From the human T2T-CHM13v2.0 reference genome, Homo sapiens: a stretch of 64,000 nt of DNA. The notes under the pieces are model-generated. The model was not told the origin of the DNA. It did not search any database and saw only the letters and a program-made list of their open reading frames with translations. Shown piece by piece: positions 44,333-61,620 of this stretch. The DNA is taken from the NCBI RefSeq assembly GCF_009914755.1, contig NC_060947.1; one strand, written 5' to 3'. The position numbers and the translations under genes are program-made. The first letter of the stretch is position 1, and each line of letters starts with the position of its first letter.

Positions 44333-44958
44333 GGAGTAATTCTTAATGTATTTGTATTATTGGATACTGTTGTAGGGACATCACAACTTTGTGGTACATT
44401 CAAGTTTTTCTTCTTATGCTTCCAGTATTCATTTCCTGCCTTCCTTGTCACTGATAGTCCTTCCAGGTGCCTAGAGGCTCCCATGGCACCTCCAGGGCTT
44501 TCCAGAGCTGCCCACATAGCATCGTTCTTAGGCCTACCCTTTCTGCTCCCATTGTAGACATTTTCCCCCGACTTTTTTGTTATCTTCTTTAAAAAAAATC
44601 TTGTTGCATTTTAACAAATGCCTTCTGGAGTTAACTCTTAACCCAAATAAGTAACATTAATGGTGGGAATGTCATAAATGACAACAGATCACTAAGGGAC
44701 ATCTGAAAGTAGGGAGGCTTTTGATCACCCTAATGATCACACCATGTAGGTGGCTGCCTATATGGAAAGCCAAGTCTATATATTAATATTTGTATCACTG
44801 TATATAAGTACATAATTATATTTAAAAAGATGAACTACCTATTCATATATATGGACATGAATGCAATTTTCATAAGTATATGTTTGTACAAACCATTAAT
44901 TAGGACCTCAGTAAAACATCTTCTCTGCTTACCTAGTACTTACAGTTTCTGGCAGTAA

Positions 44959-45342
<384 letters not shown>

Positions 45343-46109
45343 TAGATATAAATTTAATTAAATGATGATCTGAATCTGGGTGGTATATAATTGGCCAGCC
45401 TAAAATGCACCCACCACCATCTACCACTTAGCAACTTGGAAACCTCACCTTTCTTTGAACCTTCCTTGAACTCAAAACTGGCCTGGCTTAGAGGAGTTCT
45501 CTCTGAATGACTCTTTGTCAAATTAAACTGCTTTCCTTGTGCTTAATTAGGTTCCTCACAAGCTCCAGACCAGCTTGGGAGTACAAAGTTTGGTGTCACG
45601 TATTCCTAACCCCCACCTCAGCCCTGAGATTATGTACTACTTGCTGTTACCTTATTTGTATTCTGTTTATGTCTAACTGAAGTGTATAGGGAAATTTGGA
45701 AAAAGCAAAAAAGATTACTGAGTGTCCCCAGTGGAAACTATGCATTATTTAGAACAGATTCTTCTGGGTTATCCAATTCCAGTCTTTTATTTTCTTTGAG
45801 TTATTTTAAAACTCTGTAAGTTATAGTTAACTGATAGTAATGCAAAATAATTATTGTCCATATACATGCATATAAACTCTGTCTGGTGTGGGTTCAGTTA
45901 ACTGACTTTCCTCTCCCCCACCATGGAAAAAGCCAGTTTCCCATCCATTTGTAAATTCACTTCAACATTACCTCATATAAATATGTGTACCTTTGACTAC
46001 TCCTTTGAACTGGTTATAACATCTTACAAGCTCTCTCATTAATAATAAGTTAATAAAATATTTAACACGTTTATATTATATCTGTATCAGAGTCATGATT
46101 AACAGGTGC

Positions 46110-46275
46110 AGGCTCCTTCCAGGCAGAGGTTTTGCCAGAGCCAGAGTGGTAGACCTTGGGCAAGTTACTTAACCATTCTGTATGTCAGAGTCCACCTATG
46201 GGCTAGAATAATAATGCCCTCTCTGTCTACCCTAAGGGCTTGACATAAGATAAATATATGGAAAAGAATGCTATA
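46110..46275 (+). mobile_element. MIR fragment
   Basis: gaccttgggcaagttacttaacc. Confidence 0.65.
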
Positions 46276-46278
46276 AGC

Positions 46279-46609
<331 letters not shown>

Positions 46610-46899
46610 TTAAACAAATGTGGACTCTTCAACTCTTCCCCCTCTACTGAAGTAAATGTTGCCCACACTTTAAGACAGTGTGATTCTTAACTTCTGCCAT
46701 ATGAAAGTGTATTTGCCTGCTTTAGCCACACTCCTGTCACCTTTCTCTGAACTTATATTGTACTTATATAAGTTTATATGAGCAATATCTACCAATCATT
46801 ATTTATGATTTCATGTGTGTTAATTTCATCTCTTCAGGTATATTATAAGCTTGTTTAGAGCTAGGGCAGTGCCTTAAACTTGCCTTGCAATCTTTGTTA

Positions 46900-47202
<303 letters not shown>

Positions 47203-47272
47203 CATTCCTTGTATATCTGGCAATGTTAGGTCCCTGGTAAGAGGGACTATTTGATTGAAATAGAACATTATT

Positions 47273-47603
47273 CTTTTTTCTTTTTCTTTTTGAGACAATG
47301 TCTTACTCTGTTACCCAGGCTGGAGTGCAGTGGCGCCACCACCAAGGCTCACTGCAGCCTCAACCTCCTGAGCTCAAGCGATCCTCCTGCCTCAGCTCAA
47401 GCAATCCTCCTGCCTCAGCCACCTGAGTAGCTGGAACTACAGGCATGTGCCACCATACTTGGCAACTTTTTTTTTTTTGCATTTTTTATAGAGATGGGGT
47501 TTCGCCATGTTGCCCAGGCTGGTCTCGAACTCCTGAGCTCAAGCAATCCACCCTCCTTGACCTCCCAAAGTGCTAGGATTACAGGGATGAGTCACCACAC
47601 CTG
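47273..47603 (-). mobile_element. AluJ with 23-bp internal tandem duplication
   Basis: ctcaagc(g/a)atcctcctgcctcag twice; TSD-like attgaaataga...ttattct. Confidence 0.93.
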
Positions 47604-47774
47604 ATTGAAATAGATTATTCTGTTGTAAACACAACACCTACCTTGTAAATAGTATACACTCAATTGAAGATGATGATGATGAAGTTCAAGATGATTGGTA
47701 CCATCACCATCAATCAGGCATTTATATGGTAGAAAAGATGATTCAGGACTATTCTACCTTCAAAAAAGTGACAA

Positions 47775-48010
47775 GAAGAATAGCTAATTCTTATTCAATT
47801 ATTACTATGTGTTTGACACTGTTGTAAACCTTTACATATATTGGCCCACTTGAGCCTCACAAGAACCCTATAAGGTAGGTACTGTTATTATCCTTCATTT
47901 TACAAATAAGGAAATTGAGACACAGAGAGAATAAATAACTTGCCCCAAGGTCACCCAGCTAGTGAGTGAAGGCTGGCTCCAGGGTCTGGGCTATTAACAA
48001 CTGTGCTGAG
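47775..48010 (-). mobile_element. MIR
   Basis: cattttacaaataaggaaattgagacacagaga...taacttgccccaaggtcac. Confidence 0.85.
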
Positions 48011-48089
48011 AAGAAGAAAGGAAATACACAAAAGAGTTCTCTGGGGCAGTGATTTTTACATTACGTTTACATGATGATCATTTTGATTA

Positions 48090-48543
<454 letters not shown>

Positions 48544-48716
48544 TCATCTAACTTCTTAGTAAAATTATCCTGTGTATGACATGAGTAATTTATGTAATGT
48601 GCATAAATCAGTGCCTGACACATAGGAAGCCCTCAATAAATGGAATAATTACTGTTTTTGAAATTATTATTACCTATTACTATTATTAATCAGAGTACAT
48701 GAAGACAACTTATTAT

Positions 48717-49209
48717 TGTCAGGATCTGGGATTTTATGCCACTGGCAAGCTAACAAATTAGCTTTCCACAGTTTAATGGATGATGGCAGAAGACATGAGA
48801 GTTCAGGAGTAAAGGATTTTACTCACAGCACAGCAAGTAACATGAGCATCAGCATATTTGCATTGGTTCCCCGTTGCCCTCAAGTTCCACAGGCTTGACA
48901 TTTGGGAACCCAGGTAGATGCTGAGTACACAGTGGGTTTGCATCAGAGTGGAAGAACACTGAGCTTGGAGAATTTATAGCTTTTACAATGGGCAGTAAGC
49001 AAGCCTGCTCTTTGTCCCTGAAGATCTTGTCTCCTCTCTGATGCACACTGGAAACAAATGTCTTAGAAATGGCCTTTCCTTGGAAACTTGAGAAGCAGGT
49101 TGAGAGAGGGAAAGAGAAGAAATGGCCCAAGTAAAGAGTAGGCAAGGCTTTGCATACTCAACAAAAGCATGCAGGGATGTTCAGGGACCATGGCAGATTG
49201 CCTCTCACA
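48717..49209 (-). mobile_element. ERVL LTR (MER54/LTR53/MER74 group)
   Basis: gcaagctaacaaattagc...ggcagaagacatgaga...; TG/CA ends. Confidence 0.65.
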
Positions 49210-49664
49210 ACTGTTATTATTATTATCACCTACTACTATGAACCAGAGTAAAACATGACTTATCTTTTGTCCCTGTTTCTATCTGCACACATTACATGCT
49301 GTACCTTCTTTCTCTGGACCCTGAATTGATCTTTTGAGGAATTACCTAATGACTCAAATAAAAAGACTATTCTTCCCTTACCTCTTCTGATTTCCTTTTC
49401 CTGACTGCAGACTGAGGTGTCTCTCACTCTTCCTTCCTATTTTACTTCAGCCTGAGACATCATACAGAGTTTTACTCTTTTTTTTTCCCCACTACAATAG
49501 GCATTTTGAAAACTCATTAATTTTTTGGAGCCAGAACAAGCATGCTATCTTCCAGCATGACATCTCCAACTGGAAGCATTGCTTTTTCCACAGGGAGCCA
49601 AATAAAATGTCACCTTTTAGGCAAGGTGTGGCTTTCTCCAGAATGAGCTTTGAAAACTTATGAT

Positions 49665-50011
<347 letters not shown>

Positions 50012-50129
50012 CTATATTTCACTGAATATTAAATATGTCTGGCACAATTAAACTGCAATATCCATCAGAAATTCTTTTCTAAATCAGGGCCAGAAAGTGT
50101 TAGTGCAGAAAGAAAACTTAGATGTTGAC

Positions 50130-50574
50130 TGTATTAGTTTCTTAGAGCTATCATGACAAAATACCACAAACTGTGATGGCTTGAAACAACAGAAATTTAT
50201 TCTCTCGTAGTTCTGGAGGCTAGAAGTCCAAGATCAAGGTGCCAGCCGGGCTACAGTCCTTTTGAAGCTTCTAGGGGTAGATCTTTTCTTACCTCTTCCA
50301 GCTCTTGGTAACACCAGGCATTCCTTGGCTTGCAGCTGCGTAACTCCAATCTCTATGTCTAGCTTTACATGGAGTTCTTTTTGTGTGTTTCTCTTTTCTT
50401 CTAATAAAGACACCAGTTACACTGAATTAAGGGCCCACTCTACTCCAGTATGACCTTATCTTAACTAATTACATCTGCAATGACTTTATTTCCATATAAG
50501 GTCACATTCTGAAGTGCTAGTAGTTAGGACTTCAACATATTATTTTGGGAGGGGACACAACTTAACCTATAACA
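50130..50574 (-). mobile_element. MLT1 (B/C-like) MaLR solo LTR
   Basis: tgtattagttt...cagaaatttattctctc...aaggtcacattctga...taaca; 5-bp TSD ttgac/ttgat. Confidence 0.9.
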
Positions 50575-51865
50575 TTGATTGATTCTTTTACTTTGCTGAT
50601 AATAAAATGAGACACAAGAAGGTCATGAAGTTCCCACAGTCACTGCTCTTTAAATTCCATCTTTCTGGATTTAGGACCCTTCCCCACTTTCTCCCCCAAG
50701 AATGGCTGAAGCCCTCAGACCTTGTCTAACCTCTTGGTCTTCTAACCCATTCTCTCTGTTGACTTTTAATATCTTATCCCTCACCTTGCTGCTCTGCTGC
50801 ATGACCCCTGCCCTGATGCCACCTATGCCCCAAAGTGTACGCCATGAGAGGCAGTCTTCATGTCTCTGAACACTCCATGGTGAAAACACAATAGACATTG
50901 GAGTGCACTTGTGCCTTTGCTTTGGATGAAGTCAGAATGAGCCTCTTGAAGAATGTGTGGGCTGGTAGAAAAATTAATATGGACAATAATCATATATGGA
51001 AGTTTATTGCTGAAAATTGTCTTGGGATGATAGGCAAGTCATAGCTATATTATTTTAAATGATACAAAACAAACACACCTGAGAGAGGACTTTTTTTCAG
51101 ACTACCACAGGGCAAGTATAAGCAAGTGAAACCTACGGACCTAAAGCCTTTTCTTGGTTCTAGAGGTGTGCTCACATTCCTCTGGGATGGTAAAACACAC
51201 AGGAAGGTGATTCAGAGCTTCCTTCAGGAGATTAATGCTTCAAAAGCCAAACCCTCTGGGCAAGCAAACTTTCCCTTGGTCTTCTTGGATTTTCTTCTTT
51301 ACTTGATGCTGAAGGCGTTTCATGTACTAATTAAGAGATATTTATCTTCTTTTTAATTCAACTGAAAAATACCTATAGAAAGGCTATATCAAGTTAATGC
51401 CTATCACTGAATAGACTTAATAGTGTTATTTTCTCTTATTGAAATGTACTCAGCACCATCAAGCCTATTATTGTATTTATATCCTGAAAATGCCAACTAC
51501 ATAAATAGAAGAAGACCAGGTTTGATGATTACATGAATTATTACAATTTAGAGGAAGATCATAGAACTTGCAAGATCCAAAGGAACCTTTTTTTTTTAAG
51601 TGGTCTTCCACAGCACTCATGTTTGCCTCTAGAGTTCATCAAATTTCATTTATTATCAACTGGCATGGTTACTTAGGTCATTCCTGCCGCTTAGAATAGA
51701 ATTGGTAGAGCAGGTCCCTGATCTCTACCATAAACCCTATCAATCATTTTGGGTTGAAAAACAACAACAACAACAAGTACAACAAAAACAGTGTCGTCTT
51801 CCTTTAATATCCCAACTGAGCCTTTTGTGAGCAGGGGCCAACTCAATTCAAAAGTAGGTATACTC

Positions 51866-52689
<824 letters not shown>

Positions 52690-54065
52690 TAAATTAATTT
52701 TTTAGAAAGTAGATATGCTAGTATGATTAAATAGGGGCCCCAAAGCCTCAGCCATCTGCTGAGCCTCATCTCAGCCTCTCCACAACTACCTACTTTAGTA
52801 CCTAACAATCCCCCTACATCCAATTAAAGTTCCTCTTTCAAGTAAAAGCATTTTCCACATCAGGTCCCCATATAGACTACATACAGATTTGCAGGGAGAA
52901 AAGGGATAGTCAGGTAACTATTAATATGAACTAATTGAATAAAAATGTATAGGTGAGAAATTAGGACATGAAGCTACACAATATTTTTTTGAAGGAAACA
53001 ATCTAGAAAAGTTGGAAACAAGGTATACCCTAAGAGTAGAGACACAGGAGGACCAGCGAGGTATGAGTGAGGTGAGACTCCCTGGAACGGGAGGAAAGGT
53101 CTTCAATATGAATCCTGAAAGGGCTTAGTAGTGTACCAAACATGCAATGTACCTATGGCACAACCAAATCCAGGTTGGCCCTGTGTCAAAATTAAGAACA
53201 TAAATGCTGACAATATCAAGGACCAGGATGAGTGTCTGGGACTGGAAAACAAAAGCCAAGGCTACAAAGTCCAGGACAGCTGGATACACAAGGAGGTTCA
53301 CATACGATGAAGATCACAGAAATAGATGGCTATGACAAAATTGGAAGTCTGGAATCAGGACAAGATAACCAAGGTTGGCAGAGCAAGATGGTGGCCAGAA
53401 TAAGATATTCAGACAAGAGTGAAGGTTTAGGAATGTATAAGGTTAGAACAGAGAGCAGTTCTGGAACACCACCAGACAGAATGAACTTGGAACTATGACA
53501 AAGAGTGTGTTACGAGAATTAGAAACCAGATTAGAAGTCATGGGATCAAAGATTAGAACAGAGGCAAGAGGTCCTGGCAACAGGTAAAAGGTACAAATGA
53601 CAGCTTGATGCTGATCCAGTTTGTCTGCGATTTGGAGCTTAACATTCCTTTTAAGGCATGAATCAATCTCAGAAAATTTCACTGAGGTCCCGTAGGTGAG
53701 AGTTGCTGTTTGGGACTCCCTAGTTGAGATATGGGTGTGTGGGCAAGATAAAGCATAGCTTCTTGAATCAAGATTCTGGCTGGCACTTTGGTGCTGAGGG
53801 AACATGACAAGGAAGGCGAATTTAAAAGCACAGGCTTTTAATTATTTACCTTTCACTGATTCACTGATTCTTAGACTTTAGCTTTGTTCATTTGGTGTTC
53901 CTAATAAACACTCATCCCTCAATTTTTGCTATCCTTCTTCATTCATCCAACATTTACTACCAGCATTTGGACATACCAAGATGAAAGACCATATGCAGTC
54001 TTATGTCTGTCTTGGGCATTCTATGAGAAACGTTTTGTAACACTGCATTAATAATCTGATAATTG

Positions 54066-54388
<323 letters not shown>

Positions 54389-56124
54389 TGGTAATCGTCA
54401 TATATAGTTTTTCTATGAAGTATAGAATCCTGTCAGAAATGTTTAAGAGTGATTCAACAATAATTATTATTTCCACAGATGTTTATTTAAATTTGATATT
54501 GAGCTTTAAATATAGGCGGTAAGTGAAATGACCTGCCTGACTGGGTCATTTAGACCCTACCTGCAGACAACCCCATCTCAGTCCCAGTGACCAAAGGTAT
54601 TCCTTGTCAAGGAGACAAGGAATCCTAGGCTAGTAGCTCCTAGAGTCTCAACATTAAGCCAGCTGTGGTGTTAGTGTGTACTGGATCCCTCTCCCCTATC
54701 AGACGGGGACTGGACAAAGTGTAGGACCAAGTGGATGACTCTAATGGAACCATAACAGAGTACAATTTCTCTGTGGCTATAGTGCGAAAAGCCAGAGAGC
54801 ATATCCAGGCTTTTGAGGTGTCCTAGAGGATCCCATGAACAAAAGGACAGTATGTACAGTTACAGGGGCAACATTCTAATAAATTATATGAGTGCAAGAG
54901 CTAAAGTCTGGAATCAGAATTGGGTAAAACAAAACAAAGTAAATACAAACAAAGAACAGCCAGAAAGTAATAAACAAAGGACAATTGGGTGAATGGAATG
55001 AAACATGAAGAAATTCCAGAGATAAAGTGAGTGCAGAAGCCTTCCACATTTTTTCTTAACCCAGCCACAGCACAGGTTTAAGTGGGTTTGTATACAAAAA
55101 TCATATAAAACAGCTTGAGTAGAGGGAAGAGTCTGTTTTTTTCTTGTTTTGTTTTGTTTGTACTCATATTTTGATTACTGGACCCTTGCCTTGTTTCTTT
55201 TAACTTGGTGCTCCCTTTGCTCCCTTATTCTTGCATACCAGACTTGGTAATGTCAGAATCCTGATTCATCTGGGCCTGGGGCCCTGCCATACCTGTCCTA
55301 ATGTTGTCTCTGCTTGAACTTCAATCTCCTCTACTTATTTCGTAATACTCATTATCTATTCCAGTGCTTTGGATATAGCCAAATGCCTCTATCAATGAGC
55401 TCTTCCAGGCTACTGAGGACCCACCTACAATTTCTAGTTAGATGTTGCTAATGCCAATTATTTATTTACCTATTGCCTGTTGTTAGACTTTACCAATGTG
55501 CTATCTACTGGTCCAGATGTCTTATCTTTGCACAATAAATGTGTATTGAATTTAACTTCCTGGAACCTTCCCAGATTGCCTGCGCTGCTCCAGTGGGTCT
55601 GGCTCTCCCTGGTGAGGTTCCAGGGTTGCCAGCTGTCTGGTTTTGACAAAGACAGTCTAACATTTGAACTTGCTGCCCAGTAAAAAATACCAGACATATG
55701 ACTGTCCCTTTTTTTCCAATTAAATAAATGGTATCATTTTCTTATAGCAAAACTAGTATACACATAAGCAGTGCAATCTGATGAAAGCTAGAAATTGTTT
55801 TCAGTGCACTTTTTATACTATCTCTTTTCAAAATTAGAGCTTCAGGTACGTATCCAATGTGTCTAGTATTTTGCAGATACCATTTAGCAACATGAGCTGG
55901 ACTATTGTTTCTCCAACCACATCTTACAGCATGAGAGAATATAGAGCAAAAATACTAGTCAGTTTGTACCTTAGTAATTAAATTTAGTGATAAGCACATC
56001 ATTATCATCAAAGTACCTGCTTTAGTGTTGAGCACAGTTTTAAAGTAAATGCAATGATTGCTAATATCTCCACTTCCAAAAGGGGAAAAAATATTTTAGG
56101 TGTAGCTTCCTTAGATGGCATTCA

Positions 56125-56163
<39 letters not shown>
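56125..56163. repeat. (ATAG)9 tetranucleotide STR
   Basis: Uninterrupted GATA repeat. Confidence 0.97.
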
Positions 56164-56164
<1 letters not shown>

Positions 56165-57686
56165 AAATAAGCATGAACACCGTTAAAAATAAAGTAGGAG
56201 ACTTCTGATTCTTGGAAGATGTAGTAGATGTATTTTTATCTATTCCTCCCACCAAGTACAAGTAAAACACCTGGATATTACATATAAAACAAATATAAGA
56301 AGACTCGGAAAGGTGAACAGAAGAAAGCAGACCAGCTAGGGACTTTGGGACCAAAGAATGACAGCTGGTGGTTTACCTAGATTTTCCTTTTGCCTCACAT
56401 ATCCCAGACTTGGAGCTGAAGAAGCTGGCAATCCAGAAACACCAAGAGGTACATAAAGAAACAGTCTAAACATTTAAGCCTGCTCTTTTTAGCCAAAGGA
56501 CCAGGAAAGAGGCAGCCTTGCCAAACAGAAAACTTTTAGACAATAACTGCTCCACATTAGCCAAACACTACAGAAAAAATGATGACACCCCCCGCTAACC
56601 CACCCTGCCCATGTCAGTAAAGTTCAACAGGCAAGTTTATACTTACCTTTTCACCAGGCTGTAATAAGATATCTCAACATCTCCACCTAGAAGGTGTCAG
56701 AGAAGGCCAAGTAGGAAATCCAGACTTTCATCTAAATTAACCAGTAATGATCCCTCCTCCTACTCCCGTGGTGTCAGTGGATACCATCGTGGGGAGCCAG
56801 AACTTCCCAGAGTAACAAGTAGCCTCCAATGTCAGGTGTCACCTAGGCCAAATGGGGAACCTGGACTTTTACTTCTACCTAACAGTAATGAGGGAGCCCT
56901 ACTCCTTCCCCTTCTAGAGGGGTATCAGAGAAAGCCAGCTGAAATAAGCTTAAATGGGATACAGTGTCTCATAATATGTGAAAATTTCCAGGTTTTGATA
57001 AAAAAAAATCATGCATCAGATCAAGAACCAGGATAATCTCAAACGGAATGAGCAAAAACATCAACACTGAGCTGAAAAGGATGTAAGAATTTATCTGACA
57101 TAGATTTTAAAGTAGCTATAATACAACTGTTTCTTTATGCAATTATAAACACACTTGAAACAAATGGCAAAACAGAAAATCTCAGAAAATAATAGAAAAC
57201 AGAGTAGAACCATATGGAAATATTAGATCTTAAAAATACGATAATTGAAATAAAAAGGGATGGGTTCAACAGCAGAATGGAGGGGACAGAGAAAATAATC
57301 TGTTAACTGAAAGATAGAACAAGAGAAATTACCCACTCAAAACAACAAAAAGAAAATAGACTGAAAAGAAAAAAAAGAGACTCAAGCATTCATGGACCCA
57401 TAACAAAAGAGTAACATTTATGTCATCAGAGTGTCAGAAAGAACAAAGAAAGTGAGCAAGGCTAAAAATATACTCAAAGAAAGATGAAAATCCTCCAAAT
57501 TTGGCAAGAGACATAAACCTACATATCAAATCAACAAGATGAACAAATCTCAAATAAGATAAACTGAAATGAAATCCACACAAAGACATATCATAATTGA
57601 CTTCCAAAAACTAAAAACAAATGAAAAATCTTGAAAGCAGCCAGGGAGAAACAATACCCGGATGGGCAAAAACAATTCAAATGACG

Positions 57687-57991
57687 GGCCGGGTGCGGTG
57701 GCTCACGCCTGTAATCCCAACACTTTGGGAGGCCGAGGTGGGCGGATCACAAGGTCTGGAGATCGAGACCATCCTGGCCAACACGGTGAAACCCCGTCTC
57801 TACCAAAAATACAAAAAAATTAGCCGAGCGTGGTGGCGGGCACCTGTAGTCCCAGCTACTCAGGAGGCTAAGGCAGGAGAATGGCGTGAACCCAGGAGGT
57901 GGAGTTTGCGGTGAACCAAGATCGCACCACTGCACTCCAGCCTGGGCGAGAGAGCGAGACTCCGTCTCAAAAAAAAAAAAAAAAAAAAAAA
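57687..57991 (+). mobile_element. AluY
   Basis: aacacggtgaaaccccg, gaatggcgtgaaccc; TSD aattcaaatgac. Confidence 0.96.
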
Positions 57992-58158
57992 TTCAAATGA
58001 CAGCTGACAGTTTCTCATCAGAAACTATAAAGACCAGAAGAGAGTGGAACAATATTTTTCACGTTTTGAAAGAAAAGAATTGTCAACCCTGAATCCTACA
58101 CTCAGCAAAAAAAAAAAAAAAAAAAAATCCTTTAGGAATGAAGGGGAATCAAGTTTTC

Positions 58159-58550
58159 AACTGGACATGGTGGCTTGCACCTGTAATCTCAGCTACTTGG
58201 GAGGTTGAGGCAAGAGGAATGCTCAAGGCCAGGAGTTTGAGAACAGCCTGGGAAACATAGCAAGACTCCATCTTTAATTTTTTTTTTAATTAGCTGGGCA
58301 TGGTAGTGCACACCTGTAGTCCCTGCCACTCTGCAGGCTGAGGTGGGAGGATTGCTTGAGGCCAGAATTTCAAGGCTGCAGGGAGCTATGACTATGCCAC
58401 TGCACTCCAGCCTGGGTGACATGCAATTATAAACATGCTTGAAACAAATGAAAAAATAGAAAATCTCAGAAAAAATAGAAAACGTAGAGTAGAACCATAT
58501 GGAAATATTAGAACTTAAAAATACAGAGTGAGACCCCATCTCTAAAAAAA
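58159..58550 (+). mobile_element. AluJ carrying a 104-bp insert
   Basis: Alu breaks at cctgggtgac and resumes at agagtgagacccc. Confidence 0.9.
58421..58524 (+). repeat. Direct copy of 57137-57239
   Basis: Hand alignment gives about 6 substitutions and 2 small indels. Confidence 0.93.
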
Positions 58551-58744
58551 TTTTTTAAAGACATTTTCAGATGTGGGGAAACTATAAGAGAATTTGTTGC
58601 TAGCAGACGTGCCCTAAAAGAATGGCTAGTAGATGTTCTCTAAACAGAAAGGAAATGACAAAAAAAAAGAAGCATGAAGTATCAGGAAGGAAGAAAGAAT
58701 ACAGTAAGCAAAAATAATACACGAAAACACAAAATTTCTTCTTT

Positions 58745-59085
58745 GCAGCCATAAAAATGAATGAAATCATGTCTTTTGCAGCAACATGGATGGAGCTGGA
58801 GGCCATTGTCCTAGGTGAACTAACTCAGAAACAGAAAATCAAATACCTCAGTTCTCAGTTATAAGTGAGAGCTAAACGATGGGTACACATGAACATAAAG
58901 ATGGAAATAATAGACAGTAAGGAGGGTGATGGGGGGATGTGGGTTGAAAAATTACCTATCAGGCACAATGGTCACTATTTGGGTAATGGGAACACTGGAA
59001 GCCCAATCCCCACCAGTACGTAGTATACCCATGTAACAAACATGCACATGTACCCCCTGACTCTAAACTAAAACTTTTAAAAAAG
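58745..59085 (+). mobile_element. L1PB 3' end
   Basis: gcaacatggatggagctggaggccatt...gttgaaaaattacctat...cccatgtaacaaacatgcacatgtaccccctga. Confidence 0.9.
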
Positions 59086-59602
59086 AAATACATGAGGCCC
59101 TTCTTGGGTTCCTAGAGCTGAAAGATGCACAAATGTAATCCAAACTAAATGGAATTCCATATAGAAATGTGACCACATGCCACACTCAAGAATCTAGCTC
59201 TCAAAGCCAGTAAGAAAGAAAGAGACAAAATTCAGCACACAAATCTCATGACAGAAGGATGGGCCTTTAAAACAAGCAAACAAACAAACAAACAAACAAA
59301 CCTGAACCAGCATCCTTAAGGCTTACTTATTTCAATGCTCTGAACAACAACAAAAAATTAATTCAGACTGTTCAGACTGACCTTTAGTAATGCTGATCTT
59401 TGATCATCTCCTATGAGGAATCCTTAGTAAATTAAAAAGAAAACTTTTACTGGTTTGAGAACCATATGACAAAAGAGTATTTGCAAGTATACAACTGAAC
59501 TTGCTTTAATACATTTTTCAGTTGAGTTTCCATGTAAGAGCTCAGTTAAAGATCCTGGAGGGCTATGGCATGGCAAACTTGATTTTTTAAAAATTGCCTT
59601 GT

Positions 59603-60041
<439 letters not shown>

Positions 60042-61304
60042 TTAATATAGGAAAAAAATCTTTCTTCTGTTGAGTTTTCTGAATTATATTTGACAGTTGA
60101 AACAAAAAATCTTGCACTCTCTGATGTGGTTCTAAATGTATGTAGATAAAATATATAAGACAATTATAGACAGGGAAGGATTAAAGGAGGAAAAAAAAAG
60201 CTTTTAGGGAGAAAAACATAGGAGAAAACCTTTGGGATCTAGGCCTAGGAAAAGAGCTGTTAGACTTCACGCCAAAAGCATGATCCATACAATGAAAAAT
60301 TGTTAAACTGGGCTTCATCAAAACTAAAAATTTTTATTCTGTAAAAGACTCTGTGAAAAGGATGCAAAACCAAACTACAGAGTAGGAGAAAATATTTGCA
60401 AACCACATACCTGGCAAAGACCTACCATCTAGAATATATAAAGAACTCTCAAATCTCAACAGCAAAAAATCAAAACATTCAAAAATGAGCAAAAGACATG
60501 AGCAGATACTTCACCAAGTAGGTTATACAGATGGTAAATACGCACATGAAAAGATGTTTAACATCATTAGCCATTAGGGAAATGCAAATTAAAATCACAA
60601 TGAGATATCATTATATACCTATCAGAATGGTTACAACAAAAAATAGTGACACCACCAAATGCTGGTGAAGACATAGAGAGACTGGATCATGCATGTATTG
60701 CTAGTGGGAATGTAAAATGGTACAACCACTGGGAAACACTGTCTTATAAACTAAATTGCAACTACCATATGACCCAGCAATTTTACTCCTGGGCAGTTAT
60801 CCCAGATAAATGAAGACCTACGTTCACACAAAAACATGTAGATAAATGTTTATAGCAGCTTTGTTCACAATAGCTCCATACTGAAAACAACATTCAATGG
60901 GTGAATGTTTAAACAATCTGTGGTGCATTTATTCCATGGAATACCACTCAGGAATACAAAAAAAATGAACTGGAATGAACTACTTATACACACAACAAAC
61001 TGGATGAATCTCCAGAGAATCATGCTAAATGTGAAAAGCTAATCTCAAAAGGTTGCATACTGTATGATTCCATACAGTATGTATGAAGTTTAATGGTTCC
61101 CAATGGTTAAGAAAAGGGCTGGATGTGGGAGGAGAAAGTGGGTATGGCTATAAAAGGGCGACATGAGGGATCCTGGTGGTGATGGAAATGCTTTGTATCT
61201 TGACTGTATCAATGTCGATTTTCTAATGAAACTAGTGTTCTAGGGTTTTGCAAGATGTTACTGTTGGTGGGAACTGGGTTAAGTGTGCAAGGAATCTCCA
61301 TTCT

Positions 61305-61620
<316 letters not shown>

